NCBI GenBank assembly: GCA_024400305.1 | Contig: JAKSMX010000010.1 | Location: 18,283 to 82,282 of the forward strand | Direction: 5' to 3' | DNA: 64,000 nucleotides | From: Bacteroidales bacterium | Lineage (GTDB): Bacteria; Bacteroidota; Bacteroidia; Bacteroidales; F082 | Shown: one piece after another, positions 30,770 through 41,100 of the stretch | Layout: the number at the start of each line of letters is the position of its first letter | How positions within the stretch are numbered: the stretch's first letter is position 1 | Program-made: the position numbers and the translations under genes | Notes under the pieces: generated by a model | Databases searched by the model: none | What the model saw: only the letters and a program-made list of their open reading frames with translations | Told to the model about the DNA's origin: nothing

Positions 30770-31528
30770 ATGAGCGACAATTTCAAAAGATATATGACTT
30801 TCACCAAAAGTGAACGTATTGCAATGATATCGATTGTTGCAATAATTGTCATCATATTGATTTACAAATATTTACTGATTAAAAACCCACCAAAAAGGAC
30901 AGCATATTTCCACAACCTTGACTCAATTGTCGCCTCCCGCCAGGCTGAAATAGACTCATTGATAAAGATTGATTCAATCAAAAAACATGAACGCAGGAGG
31001 TCGTTTTCAAAAAAAAGTGAAAAACAGAAGACCGGTCATGATTTTTATCATAAAACGGAAAACAAAAAAACAAAGTTTCCGGACAGAAGCGATTCCGTCC
31101 AAAAACAAACATTTGCAAAAGAAAAAACGATTCCAATTATTGACATAAACACCGCTGACACGACATTGCTGAAAGAGCTGCCCGGCATCGGCTCCTCTTT
31201 CGCAAAGCGAATCGTGGAATATCGTGGAAAACTCGGCGGATTCGTTGAAAAAGAACAGCTTCTTGAAGTCTATGGCATGGATTCGGCGCGTTACGGAAAT
31301 ATTGAAAATCACATGACAGTTGACAGCATTTTCACGCCTGACAAATTGAGAATCAACTACGATTCATTCAAAGTCTTAAACAGGCATCCGTATTTGGAAT
31401 ACGAAGACGTGAAGAAAATCGTGAATTATCGTGAGCAGAAGGGGTTGATAACGTCGTGGGAGCAATTTAAAAACCTCACCGTGAAGGAACTCAACCAAAG
31501 GCTTGAATATTATTTGGACTTTGAATAA
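30770..31528 (+). CDS. helix-hairpin-helix DNA-binding membrane protein (ComEA-like)
   Basis: N-terminal TM helix and an HhH motif INTADTTLLKELPGIGSSFAKRIVEYR. Confidence 0.6.
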   Translation: MSDNFKRYMTFTKSERIAMISIVAIIVIILIYKYLLIKNPPKRTAYFHNLDSIVASRQAEIDSLIKIDSIKKHERRRSFSKKSEKQKTGHDFYHKTENKKTKFPDRSDSVQKQTFAKEKTIPIIDINTADTTLLKELPGIGSSFAKRIVEYRGKLGGFVEKEQLLEVYGMDSARYGNIENHMTVDSIFTPDKLRINYDSFKVLNRHPYLEYEDVKKIVNYREQKGLITSWEQFKNLTVKELNQRLEYYLDFE

Positions 31529-31531
31529 AGA

Positions 31532-32254
31532 CTATCCTCTCCTCCATCCTCTCGGATACCGCGGCACCGTCAGCTCCTCCTTCGGCGGCACAGGCACGTC
31601 CCAGTAAGGTTTCCCGCCGTCGGCTGTCTCATCGTCATCGGGGTCATCATCGTCGTCATCGCCTTCATTGTCATTTGACGGTCCTTCCTTACGGTAAAAA
31701 ACCGCCAAGATGATTCCGAACAGGAAACCGGCGAAATGCCCCTCCCACGAGATGTTGTTTTCGACGGCGTATTTCGGGAAAAGCCCCCAGACGAGGCTTC
31801 CGTAAAGCAGGATCACGAGAAACGAGACCACGATGAGGCTCTTGCTTCGTCTGATGAACCCGCTGACCATCAGGAAGAAAGCCATGCCGTAGATGAGTGC
31901 TGACGCACCGACATGGCAGCCGCCATCCGCGCTGCACCATGTGAAAAGCCCGGTCGAGAACATCAAAAGCAACCACACTTTTGACGCGATGGCCCTGTAG
32001 AAATAATAAAGCATCGCACCCAACACTATAATTGGCAACGTGTTGGCAATGAGATGCTTCCAGCTTCCGTGAATGAAATGAAAAAGGAAAATCCCAGGAA
32101 TCCCTTCTTTTTTCAAAGGCTGAATCCCGAGAAAAGAGAGATCCAGACAAAACATCTCCTCGACAGCTTTCACCACCCATATCACGACGACAAACGCCAC
32201 CGGCACGATGAAGCTGTTGAAAAAACGATTCCTTTCCTCTTTAATATCGTTCAT
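31532..32254 (-). CDS. rhomboid-family intramembrane serine protease with an acidic C-terminal tail
   Basis: Start at MNDIKEERNR. Catalytic-type motifs HVGASALIYG and WEGHFAGFLFG. Tail NEGDDDDDDPDDDE. Confidence 0.75.
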   Translation of the reverse strand: MNDIKEERNRFFNSFIVPVAFVVVIWVVKAVEEMFCLDLSFLGIQPLKKEGIPGIFLFHFIHGSWKHLIANTLPIIVLGAMLYYFYRAIASKVWLLLMFSTGLFTWCSADGGCHVGASALIYGMAFFLMVSGFIRRSKSLIVVSFLVILLYGSLVWGLFPKYAVENNISWEGHFAGFLFGIILAVFYRKEGPSNDNEGDDDDDDPDDDETADGGKPYWDVPVPPKEELTVPRYPRGWRRG

Positions 32255-32261
32255 CTTATTA

Positions 32262-32340
32262 AAGTGTGAAGTTTTGAGAGTTGAGAGTGAAGTCATTGCA
32301 AACTCCACTCTCAACACTCCACTCTCAACACTCCACACTG
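32262..32340 (-). repeat. single GTTGAGAG-type long hairpin element between purE and the rhomboid gene
   Basis: In the minus sense, GTGTTGAGAGTGGAGT ... ACTTCACTCTCAAC forms an imperfect long stem. Same family as the array at 34124-34572. Confidence 0.75.
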
Positions 32341-32344
32341 GATG

Positions 32345-32848
32345 TCAGTTTGTCTTGAACTTATAATGGATGTCTTTGAGTTCGGCGTTGGCCTTGGCGA
32401 TCTTGCCTTTCAGACCTTCCTTGTAATCAACGACTTTCTTCATCATTTCAGGATTGCCGACGGCGAGGATCTGGGCTGCGAGTATCGCCGCGTTCAACGA
32501 GGCGTTGATGCCGACTGTCGCGACCGGAATTCCCGGAGGCATCTGCACTATCGAAAACAGCGCGTCCATCTCCATGCCAGATTTCACGGGTATTCCGATG
32601 ACCGGCAACGGGGTCATCGCGGCGATGACACCAGGCAGATGCGCCGCCATGCCAGCCGCGGCGATGATGACCTTGATGCCGCGGGCCTGCGCGTTGCGGG
32701 CGAATTCTTCAACAAGTTCAGGGGTGCGATGCGCACTTAACGCATTCATTTCAAACGGGATTTCCATCTCGTCGAGGAAAGCGAGACCTTTCTCCAACAC
32801 CGGAAGATCCGACGTGCTTCCCATTATTACACTTACAATTGGATTCAT
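32345..32848 (-). CDS. purE: 5-(carboxyamino)imidazole ribonucleotide mutase
   Basis: Start at MNPIVSVIMGSTSDLPV. Contains AGMAAHLPGV and GIPV motifs. Confidence 0.9.
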   Translation of the reverse strand: MNPIVSVIMGSTSDLPVLEKGLAFLDEMEIPFEMNALSAHRTPELVEEFARNAQARGIKVIIAAAGMAAHLPGVIAAMTPLPVIGIPVKSGMEMDALFSIVQMPPGIPVATVGINASLNAAILAAQILAVGNPEMMKKVVDYKEGLKGKIAKANAELKDIHYKFKTN

Positions 32849-32941
32849 GTTTTTCCGAATAAATTTTTGCAAAAATACACAAATTGCCGTAATATTCACG
32901 ATAATTATCAAGTAAATTTTTCAGACATTTGAAAAAAAGAT

Positions 32942-32949
32942 TATTTTTG
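32942..32949 (+). promoter_or_regulatory. -7 promoter box TATTTTTG upstream of hpt
   Basis: TAnnTTTG match 44 nt upstream of ATG 32993. Confidence 0.4.
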
Positions 32950-32992
32950 CATCTGTTTTATTTTTCAAAATATATATTATAACCGATTGATT

Positions 32993-33532
32993 ATGAACAT
33001 TGTAAAAATTCTTGACAAAGAATTTGCGCCTTATATTTCACAAGAGGAAATTGAATGCGAGATTCACAGGGTGGCAAAAGAGATAGACCGAGACATGGCA
33101 GGGAGGGATCCGCTGTTCCTCGTGATGCTCAACGGGGCGTTCATGTTCGCCTGCGAACTGTTCAAGACCATAGAAAATCCATGCGAGATGCTGTTTGTCA
33201 AATACAAGACCTACGCAGGGACACAAAGCACGTACAACGCAAATGTGATAATCGGCGTCGAAGCTGAAGACATCAAAGGCCGCGACATCGTGGTGGTTGA
33301 AGACATCATCGATTCTGGCTTCACGATGAGCCAGTTACGCAAGGATCTGGAAGCCGCAGGTGCGGCGAGCATTCACATCGCGACGATGCTTTTCAAGCCT
33401 AAAGCATTCAAATTCAATTACAAAGTCGATTACATCGGTTTGAACATCGGCAACGAGTTCATTGTCGGATACGGTCTCGACTACAACGAATACGGACGTA
33501 ATTTAAGAGAAATTTACAAGATTGTCGAATAA
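32993..33532 (+). CDS. hpt: hypoxanthine phosphoribosyltransferase
   Basis: PRPP loop IVVVEDIIDSGFTM and a VGYGLDY motif. Confidence 0.9.
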   Translation: MNIVKILDKEFAPYISQEEIECEIHRVAKEIDRDMAGRDPLFLVMLNGAFMFACELFKTIENPCEMLFVKYKTYAGTQSTYNANVIIGVEAEDIKGRDIVVVEDIIDSGFTMSQLRKDLEAAGAASIHIATMLFKPKAFKFNYKVDYIGLNIGNEFIVGYGLDYNEYGRNLREIYKIVE

Positions 33533-33548
33533 TATTAAAATCAGTATC

Positions 33549-34118
33549 ATGCTAAACATAATTCTTTTCGGCCCTCCAGGTGCGGGCAAAGGCACTCAGT
33601 CACAACAACTTAAGGAAAAATACAACCTCACTTACCTTTCGACAGGCGACATCCTCCGCGAGGAGATGGCAGCCGGGACGGAAACCGGCAGGAAAGTGAA
33701 AGACATCATCAGCAAAGGCGGCCTCGTGAGCGACGAAATCGTGGTCTCCATCATCAGAGGCAGGGTCGAAGCCAACCGGGAATCGGCGGGTTTCCTCTTC
33801 GACGGCTTCCCGCGCACAGTACGTCAGGCAGAGATGCTCGACGGCATCATGAACGAGTTCTCATTGAAAATCAACAGAGTGCTAAGCCTCGAAGTGCCGG
33901 AAGAGATCCTCATCAACCGCATGATTGAACGCGGCAAGACAAGCGGACGCGCCGACGACAACATCGACTCAATCAAACACCGTTTCGTTGAATACGACGA
34001 GAAGACAAAACCTGTCCTCGCTTATTACGAGAAACAAGGCAACCTCAAGGGAATCAACGGAGTAGGCCAGATTGAAGACATCTTCGCGACACTCTGCGAA
34101 GAGATTGACAAAATCTAA
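33549..34118 (+). CDS. adk: adenylate kinase
   Basis: MLNIILFGPPGAGKGTQ P-loop and GFLFDGFPRT. Confidence 0.9.
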   Translation: MLNIILFGPPGAGKGTQSQQLKEKYNLTYLSTGDILREEMAAGTETGRKVKDIISKGGLVSDEIVVSIIRGRVEANRESAGFLFDGFPRTVRQAEMLDGIMNEFSLKINRVLSLEVPEEILINRMIERGKTSGRADDNIDSIKHRFVEYDEKTKPVLAYYEKQGNLKGINGVGQIEDIFATLCEEIDKI

Positions 34119-34123
34119 TAAAT

Positions 34124-34572
34124 AGAGTGAAGTTTTGAGGGTTGAGAGTGGAGTTGCCCATAACTTCACTCTAAACTCTGAACTCTCAACACTTAAGTTA
34201 GAGTGAAGTTTTGAGTGTTGAGAGTAGAGTTGCCCATAACTTCACTCTCAACTCTAAACTCTCAACACTTAAGTTAGAGTGAAGTTTTGAGCGTTGAGAG
34301 TGGAGTTGTCCATAACTTCTCTCTCAACTCTCAACACTTAAGTTAGAGTGAAGTTTTGAGGGTTGAGAGTGGAGTTGTCCATAACTTCTCTCTCAACTCT
34401 AAACTCTCAACACTTAAGTTAGAGTGAAGTTTTGAGTGTTGAGAGTAGAGTTGTCCATAACTTCTCTCTCAACTCTAAACTCTCAACACTTAAGTTAGAG
34501 TGAAGTGTTGAGAGTTTAGAGTGGAGTTGCCCATAACTTCACTCTCAACTCTAAACTCTCAACACTTAAATT
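34124..34572 (+). repeat. six tandem 76-bp (one 69-bp) units, each an imperfect long hairpin built from GTTGAGAG / CTCTCAAC modules
   Basis: Units start at 34124, 34200, 34276, 34345, 34421 and 34497. The units abut with no spacers. The array ends 8 nt before the malQ ATG. Confidence 0.9.
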
Positions 34573-34579
34573 AAAGAAT

Positions 34580-35983
34580 ATGAATTACTTCGCAGGAGTT
34601 GCTGTTCCGGTATTTTCATTGAGGAGCGACGAGAGCTTCGGCATCGGTGAGTTCAACGACTTGAAGAAACTCGCCGACTGGTGCGTCATGACCGGCTTGA
34701 AACTCATTCAGATACTGCCAATCAACGACACGACCACAGACGGCGGATGGAATGATTCATATCCGTATAAGTCAATATCAACCAAAGCGTTGCATCCGAT
34801 TTACCTTAACCTTGAAAAGGTCGGCATCTTAAAAGACGAGAACGAACGCCGCCGTTTCAACGAGATAAAGAAAGAACTCAACGCCAAGGAATTTGTCGAT
34901 TATCCAGAAGTCTTCAAGGCGAAAATGGAGTATTTAGAAAAGATATTCCGCCAGACAAACATTGAGACGTGTAACGGCACGTCTCTACAATTTTACGATT
35001 TCCTGCAATATCATTGCGACAAGCAGCTCACCGAAGCCGTTGATTATCTGCACAGTAAAGGCATCATGCTGAAAGGCGACCTGCCTATAGGCGTGAATCG
35101 CGAGAGTGACGACGTGAGGCAGAACCCGCGGCTTTTCAACCTCGACATGGAGACCGGCGCGCCGCCTGATGCCTTCGCCGCCGAAGGACAAAACTGGGGT
35201 TTCCCGACATACAACTGGGACGAGATGGCGAAAGACGACTTCGCATGGTGGCGAGGCCGCGTGAAATGGTTCGAGAGATATTTCGACGCATTGAGAATAG
35301 ACCACATCCTCGGCTTCTTCCGCATCTGGGAGATTCCGAAAGGCAGCCCGAACGCCTCTTTCGGACACTACTCCCCCACCGACCCGATACGCTGGGAGAC
35401 CGAAGGCAGAAACAGACTGTCGGAGATATTCGGAAATTCCAAGTTGTTGATATGCGGTGAAGACCTCGGCATGGTGGCACCCTGCGTCCCGGGCGTGATG
35501 CGCGAACTCGGAATCCTGAGCCTCGAGGTGCAACGGATGCCCAAGAACAGCGGACGTCCGTTCAGCGACCCGCGCGAGAACCCGTACCTCAGCGTCGATA
35601 CCACCGGCACGCACGACATGCCGACAATCCGCGGATGGTGGGAGGAAAACCGTGAGCTGTCGGCGCGTTTCTACCACGAAATGCTGCACCACACCGACAA
35701 CCCGCCGTATTTCTGCGAACCGTTCGTCTGCAAGGAAATCATCGAACAACATCTGAAATCAGCGTCGCAGTGGGTCATCATCCCGATTCAGGACTACATC
35801 GCCATTGACGGCGACTTCCGCTGGGACTGCACATGGGAGGAACAAATCAACAAACCCGCCGACCCGAACCACAAATGGAGATACAGGATGCACCAAAGCC
35901 TTGAAAAACTTCTTGGCAACGAGCGACTTAACAAAGAAATAAAAGAATTGGTGACAACTGCCCGGAGGGCAGTACCTCAATAA
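34580..35983 (+). CDS. malQ: 4-alpha-glucanotransferase (GH77)
   Basis: AGVAVPVFSLRSDESFGIGEFNDL, LRIDHILGFFRIWEIP and GEDLG motifs. Confidence 0.85.
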   Translation: MNYFAGVAVPVFSLRSDESFGIGEFNDLKKLADWCVMTGLKLIQILPINDTTTDGGWNDSYPYKSISTKALHPIYLNLEKVGILKDENERRRFNEIKKELNAKEFVDYPEVFKAKMEYLEKIFRQTNIETCNGTSLQFYDFLQYHCDKQLTEAVDYLHSKGIMLKGDLPIGVNRESDDVRQNPRLFNLDMETGAPPDAFAAEGQNWGFPTYNWDEMAKDDFAWWRGRVKWFERYFDALRIDHILGFFRIWEIPKGSPNASFGHYSPTDPIRWETEGRNRLSEIFGNSKLLICGEDLGMVAPCVPGVMRELGILSLEVQRMPKNSGRPFSDPRENPYLSVDTTGTHDMPTIRGWWEENRELSARFYHEMLHHTDNPPYFCEPFVCKEIIEQHLKSASQWVIIPIQDYIAIDGDFRWDCTWEEQINKPADPNHKWRYRMHQSLEKLLGNERLNKEIKELVTTARRAVPQ

Positions 35984-36022
35984 CCGAGTACATCGCAGAT
36001 GTGCCCGGCAGCAAAAACAAAA
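35967..36022 (+). repeat. shortened copy of the 72-bp AATAACCGAGTACAT element, overlapping the malQ stop codon
   Basis: GGGCAGTACCTCAATAACCGAGTACAT matches the 58119 unit at 24/27 positions, and GTGCCCGGCAGCAAAAACAAA matches at 18/21. The loop between the arms is shortened. Confidence 0.7.
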
Positions 36023-36032
36023 CTAATAAATC

Positions 36033-36875
36033 ATGAACTTCAAACCATACAACCACACCGAAGAAGAACTTCAACAGCGCATCGAAACGATTTTGAAAAG
36101 ACAAAACGCGAGCTGCGACCGCCGCGAGGCACTGAAAACCATTTTTCAGAGCATCGACTTCACCACCTTGGAAGCGTTCGACAACGCACAGAAAATCAAC
36201 GAATTCTGTGCAAAGGCGTTGGCATTCCCGAACAACGATCTGCATCTTTCCGTTCCGGCGATATGCATCTACAGTCCTTTTGTGAAACAGGCGAAAGAGC
36301 TTCTCAAAGGCAGCGGAATCCGTGTGGCGACGGTGGCGTGCGCATTCCCTTCGGGGCAGATGCCCTTTGAATTGAAGAAAAAAGAGGTGGAATATTGCGT
36401 CGGGCAAGGCGCAGACGAGGTCGATATGGTCATTTCGAGAGGTGCGTTCCTCGAGGGCGACTACGACACCGTCTATAACGAGATACAAGGCGTCCGCGAC
36501 ATCTGCCAGCCGCCTGTCCGCCTGAAGGTCATTCTCGAGACCGGCGAGCTGAAGACCGTCGGCAACATCCGCAAGGCCAGCGAGCTGGCGATCATGGCGG
36601 GAGCCGATTTCATCAAGACCTCGACGGGAAAGGTGCCGGTGGCGGCGACACCGATGGCGGCCGTCGTGATGTGCGACACCATCAGGGAATACTACGAGAC
36701 AACGGGGCAGATGGTAGGGTTCAAGCCCGCAGGCGGCATGACAACAGTCGAAGACGCACTCACCTATTATTATATAGTGAAGGACATCCTCGGCGACAGC
36801 TGGCTCAACAGCAGGTCCTTCCGCGTCGGGACGAGCCGTCTGGCCGGAAAAGTGATGGAAGAGCTGTTGAAATGA
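36033..36875 (+). CDS. deoC: deoxyribose-phosphate aldolase
   Basis: GADEVDMVISRG and FIKTSTGK (Schiff-base Lys) motifs. Confidence 0.85.
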   Translation: MNFKPYNHTEEELQQRIETILKRQNASCDRREALKTIFQSIDFTTLEAFDNAQKINEFCAKALAFPNNDLHLSVPAICIYSPFVKQAKELLKGSGIRVATVACAFPSGQMPFELKKKEVEYCVGQGADEVDMVISRGAFLEGDYDTVYNEIQGVRDICQPPVRLKVILETGELKTVGNIRKASELAIMAGADFIKTSTGKVPVAATPMAAVVMCDTIREYYETTGQMVGFKPAGGMTTVEDALTYYYIVKDILGDSWLNSRSFRVGTSRLAGKVMEELLK

Positions 36876-37312
36876 TTGACTTCCTTCAGAGCTGGGGTTA
36901 TCTCGGGCTGTTTCTCGGTTCGTTCCTCGCCTCCACCGTCGTTCCTTTCTCCGCCGACGCATTGATTATCGGGATGTTGATGGCGGGCGGAAGACCCTGG
37001 CTGTGCTTCATCTTGGCCACGACGGGCAACTGGCTCGGCGGCATGACATCGTACGGCATCGGCTGGATCGGGAAATGGCAGTGGATCGAGAAATGGCTTC
37101 ACGTCAGACGCGAGACGCTTGAAAAACAGAAAGCTGAAGTCGATAAGTACGGCCCTTACCTCGGGCTCCTCGCATGGCTTCCCATCGTGGGCGACGCCTT
37201 CGCCATAGCACTCGGCTTCTACAGGACGAAGCCCTTCCAATGCGCCGTCTATATGCTCATCGGAAGGGCCGCGAGGTTTCTGGCGTGGATGTATGTCATC
37301 CCGAATGTATAA
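36872..37312 (+). CDS. YqaA/DedA-like (SNARE-associated domain) membrane protein
   Basis: Start MIDFLQSWGYLGLFLGSFLAST overlaps the deoC stop (ATGA). About four TM helices. Confidence 0.6.
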   Translation: MIDFLQSWGYLGLFLGSFLASTVVPFSADALIIGMLMAGGRPWLCFILATTGNWLGGMTSYGIGWIGKWQWIEKWLHVRRETLEKQKAEVDKYGPYLGLLAWLPIVGDAFAIALGFYRTKPFQCAVYMLIGRAARFLAWMYVIPNV

Positions 37313-37313
37313 C

Positions 37314-37337
37314 AATATTATACACGTGTATAATATT
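37314..37337. promoter_or_regulatory. perfect 24-bp palindrome AATATTATACACGTGTATAATATT
   Basis: Exact dyad with a CACGTG core, starting 2 nt after the stop at 37312. It could be a weak AT-rich terminator stem or a dimeric-protein operator. Confidence 0.35.
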
Positions 37338-37439
37338 TCTATACACTTTGTTTTGTGAATGCAAATGTTTTTTTTCCATAAATTTGCACGCTGAAATTTT
37401 TCATTTTCGGGATTGGATATTTTCATAAAAAAAATACTG

Positions 37440-38132
37440 ATGAAGAAGATTGTACTATTCATTTTTCTGATTGCCACATCGCTGTGCGCATTCTCGCAAA
37501 ACGGCGGAAAAAAGGGCGCGTATCGTCCGGAGACAGGCTCACACACCGTCATATCAAAGAAGATTCACAAGGAACACGGCTACTTGCCGTATAAAAAGAA
37601 CAGGAAATCAAGGGCTAACGACTGTTCCGACTTCGGATCCGGCGGGTCGGGATACCAGAAGGAGACGTTTGTGACCGCCAACGTGTCGTATTCCATGAAA
37701 CCGTCGGCGGCGTTCGGCGTGACCTTCGGCATGATGCGCCGCTTCGGGTGGTTCGTGAGCGTGATGAGCAGCCCTAACTTCAAGTCATTCAGCACCGACG
37801 GCGAGTTCGACCGCGACAACGCGGCGGAGACAAAGCCCTTCCTCAAGGGCGACAGCTACCGCAAGGACACGCGCCTTTCGTTTATGGCTGGAATACTGTT
37901 CAGGGTGGCGCAACCCGTGGCGCTGCGTGTCGGAGCAGGCTACGGCATCGACGAAATGTGCTACGAGGCCACCGACGGACAATGGTTCAAAGACAAGGTG
38001 AACTGCCAGAAAGGTCTCGACACATCGTTGGGCGTACAGTGCAGCTTCGGCTCTATCGTCGTCTCCGCCGATGCCGTGGCGACCGACTTCAAGAGACTCG
38101 AAGCTAAAATAGGTGTCGGTTATTCATTTTAA
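37440..38132 (+). CDS. small outer-membrane beta-barrel-like protein
   Basis: Signal peptide MKKIVLFIFLIATSLCAFSQ and a C-terminal ...KIGVGYSF. A TAAATTTG box lies at 37379-37386. Confidence 0.5.
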   Translation: MKKIVLFIFLIATSLCAFSQNGGKKGAYRPETGSHTVISKKIHKEHGYLPYKKNRKSRANDCSDFGSGGSGYQKETFVTANVSYSMKPSAAFGVTFGMMRRFGWFVSVMSSPNFKSFSTDGEFDRDNAAETKPFLKGDSYRKDTRLSFMAGILFRVAQPVALRVGAGYGIDEMCYEATDGQWFKDKVNCQKGLDTSLGVQCSFGSIVVSADAVATDFKRLEAKIGVGYSF

Positions 38133-38142
38133 ATAATTGATT

Positions 38143-41100
38143 ATGAAAAACACAGCATATATACTACTGTCTTTCCTGCTCGTTTTTGCCGGCTGCAAGA
38201 AAGTTGATAAAGTTGAAACATACCAGGTCGAAATCGGCGAGACGACAGTCACAACAGGCACCGACAACGTGGGCATCGAAGCCGCATACACATACGATTA
38301 CGCGCTGAAGTCGGCGCGGCTGCAGTATTCCGACAACAGCGGACTCGAAAACGCCGTGTCGCTTGCGGCGCAGTTTGACAACGGCGTATTGAAAGCCACC
38401 GCCACAGGACTGAAGCCCGCCACCGCTTATTTCTACAGGTTCGAGCTTGACAACGGAATAACAAAGATGTGGACCGAGACCGGAACTTTCAGGACATTGG
38501 ACGAACCGATAGTGACGAAATTGATCGTGACGACCGCCGAGGTGAGCGGCGTCACCGACACATACGCGGTGTGCGGCGGCGAGGTCGTCAGCGAGGGAGG
38601 CTCGAAGGTTATCGCCCGCGGCGTGTGCTACGGGCTGTCGGAGAACCCGTCATTGGACGACTGCACCGGCAAGACGGTTGACGGCGGCGGACCAGGCGCA
38701 TTCACGAGTACCATGACAGGACTTGAAAAAGAAACGAAATATTACGTAAGGGCATACGCAACGGACGATGACACGACATGCTACGGCGAGCAGAAGAGCT
38801 TCACTACACTCGGGCAAATCGTTTACAGCCTCCCGACCGTCGTCACCAACGCCGTTGACGAGACGGCCATCGGGCAGTATTCCGCCATGCTGTCGGGCGT
38901 GGTGACCGACGACGGCAATAAGCCGGTGACAGGCTGCGGCTTCTGGTACAGCACCGGACACGACACACTCGGCGGCATCACCAGACCGGCGGCATACAGC
39001 TCGGGCGGCTTCAGCCTCAACGTCTCCGACGGCATAGAGCCAGGCACGACATATTACGCCAGAGCCTACGCCGAAAACGAACTCGGCAGACGGCTCGGCA
39101 ACGAGGTGAGCTTCACCACGCTGTCGATTCCCCCGACACCTGACCCGCAGGTCTTCACGCTCTCGAGCGCCGACGTGACGACAAACTCGGCCACAATCAA
39201 AGGCCGCGTCTATTACGACGGCACAGAGAACCCGATAAAGAAAGGATTCCTGTACGGCACCGACATCAACGATTTGGACAAAGACGCCGACTGCACCTCA
39301 CAGTCCGACCCGTTCGAGGCGGCACTGATAGGTCTCACACCCGACACGAAGTATTACTACATGGCTTACGCGACATTCACCGGATATCCTCAGACATTCT
39401 ACGGCGGCATCGAGAATTTCACCACACTTATTGAGATTACCGAGCCGACGATACACACCGCAGGCCCGTCAAACATAACCACGACGACAGCCAACAGCGG
39501 AGGTTACGGCATCACCGACGGCAACTCGCCAATCATCAAGAAAGGCGTGTGCTGGGCCAAATCTGACAACCCGACGATAGACGACTGCCTCGGACACACC
39601 GAAGACGGCACCGGTACAGCCGATTTCACTTCAGAGGTCACCGGTCTCGAGTCAGGCACAAGTTATTATGTGAGGGCCTACGCCGTGAACCAGGCCGGGA
39701 AGACAGGGTACGGAGAGGCACTGGGATTCGTTACCATGATAATGCATCAGGCACCTGACGTGACGACAAACCAAGCAAGCGGCATCACCGGCAGCAGCGC
39801 GACGGTGAGCGGAAACGTCACCAACAACTACGGCTGCGACATCACCGAATGCTGGATTATATGGGGTGACAGCGACAACACCATGACAAACAGGCTCGAC
39901 TGCACGGCGGGGACAGCCTTCAGCGGGACACTCACCGGCCTGGCAAACGAACATACATATTCGTTCCAGGCTTTCGCAAAGAATGAATACGACGAGACAG
40001 GCAACGGCGGCATAGAACATTTCACCACAAACAACGAGACACCGGATGTCGAGACACTCGACGCGACGGCAATAACGACCAATTCAGCCACGATGAACGG
40101 CCGCGTGAACGACGACCACGGCATCGGCATCACCGAATGCTGGTTCATGTGGGGAACTAATGCGGATGCCCTGACGGAGAGGGCAGACTGCGCACCCGGC
40201 ACGACGTTCAGCGGCGGCGTTGACGGTCTGCAACCGAATACCAACTATTACTTCGTGGCATACGCCAAGAACAACAACGGACTTGCAGGCAACGGGACTG
40301 TAAATCAACTGCTCACATCGCCAACGCTCCCGACTGTCACCACAGCCGAAGTGACCGACATCGCGCCGACGACAGCCACAGGCGGCGGCAACGTCACAAG
40401 CGACGGCGGCGCAACCGTCACCGCTCGCGGCATCTGCTGGAGTACGTCGCCCAACCCGACGGTCTCCAACCCGCACACCTCTAATGGCACGGGGACGGGA
40501 ACTTTCACCTCCTCGATGACCGGGCTGACACCAAACACGACATACTACGTCTGTGCATACGCCACCAACAGCGCAGGCACGGCCTACGGAAATCCGGAAA
40601 CGTTTACGACGGCGCAAGAAGAGACAGGCAACTATTTCTGCATTACGGCATTAGATGCCGGAACCACGACAGTCTCAATGGCAAAAGAAGGCGATGCTCC
40701 GACTGTTTATCTTGAATACAAGAAAAACAACGGCACATGGACTACTTTTACAGTTGGAAGCACCAATATATCATTGTCACAAAATGACACAGTGTTTTTT
40801 AAGGCACCAAACGGACTACCGAACAACAAATTTGGGTCGGGTACTAATACATACAATCATTTTGTAATAGGAGGCGGAAATGTCGATGTCAGCGGAAATA
40901 TCATGTATTTGCTTGACCCGACAGGTAACAAGATTACTTTAACTTCTGCAAACAGCTACGCATTTGCAGATCTTTTCAATGGATGTGATAAATTGGCAAG
41001 TGCGGGTCAATTATTAATGCCGGCAACTACATTGGCGGAAAGTTGCTATGGAGTTATGTTTGCTTATTGCACATCGCTGACGACAGCACCTGACTTGCCG

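Noticed and set aside
34124-34572. Possible CRISPR array, given the regular ~76-bp periodicity
   Set aside because: The units abut directly with no unique spacers, each unit is itself a long hairpin, and no cas genes are in the window. It is a tandem repeat, not a CRISPR array.
35928-36962. 344-aa minus-strand ORF
   Set aside because: It lies antisense to deoC and the yqaA-like gene, both of which have clear family motifs. Its composition is Arg-rich shadow.
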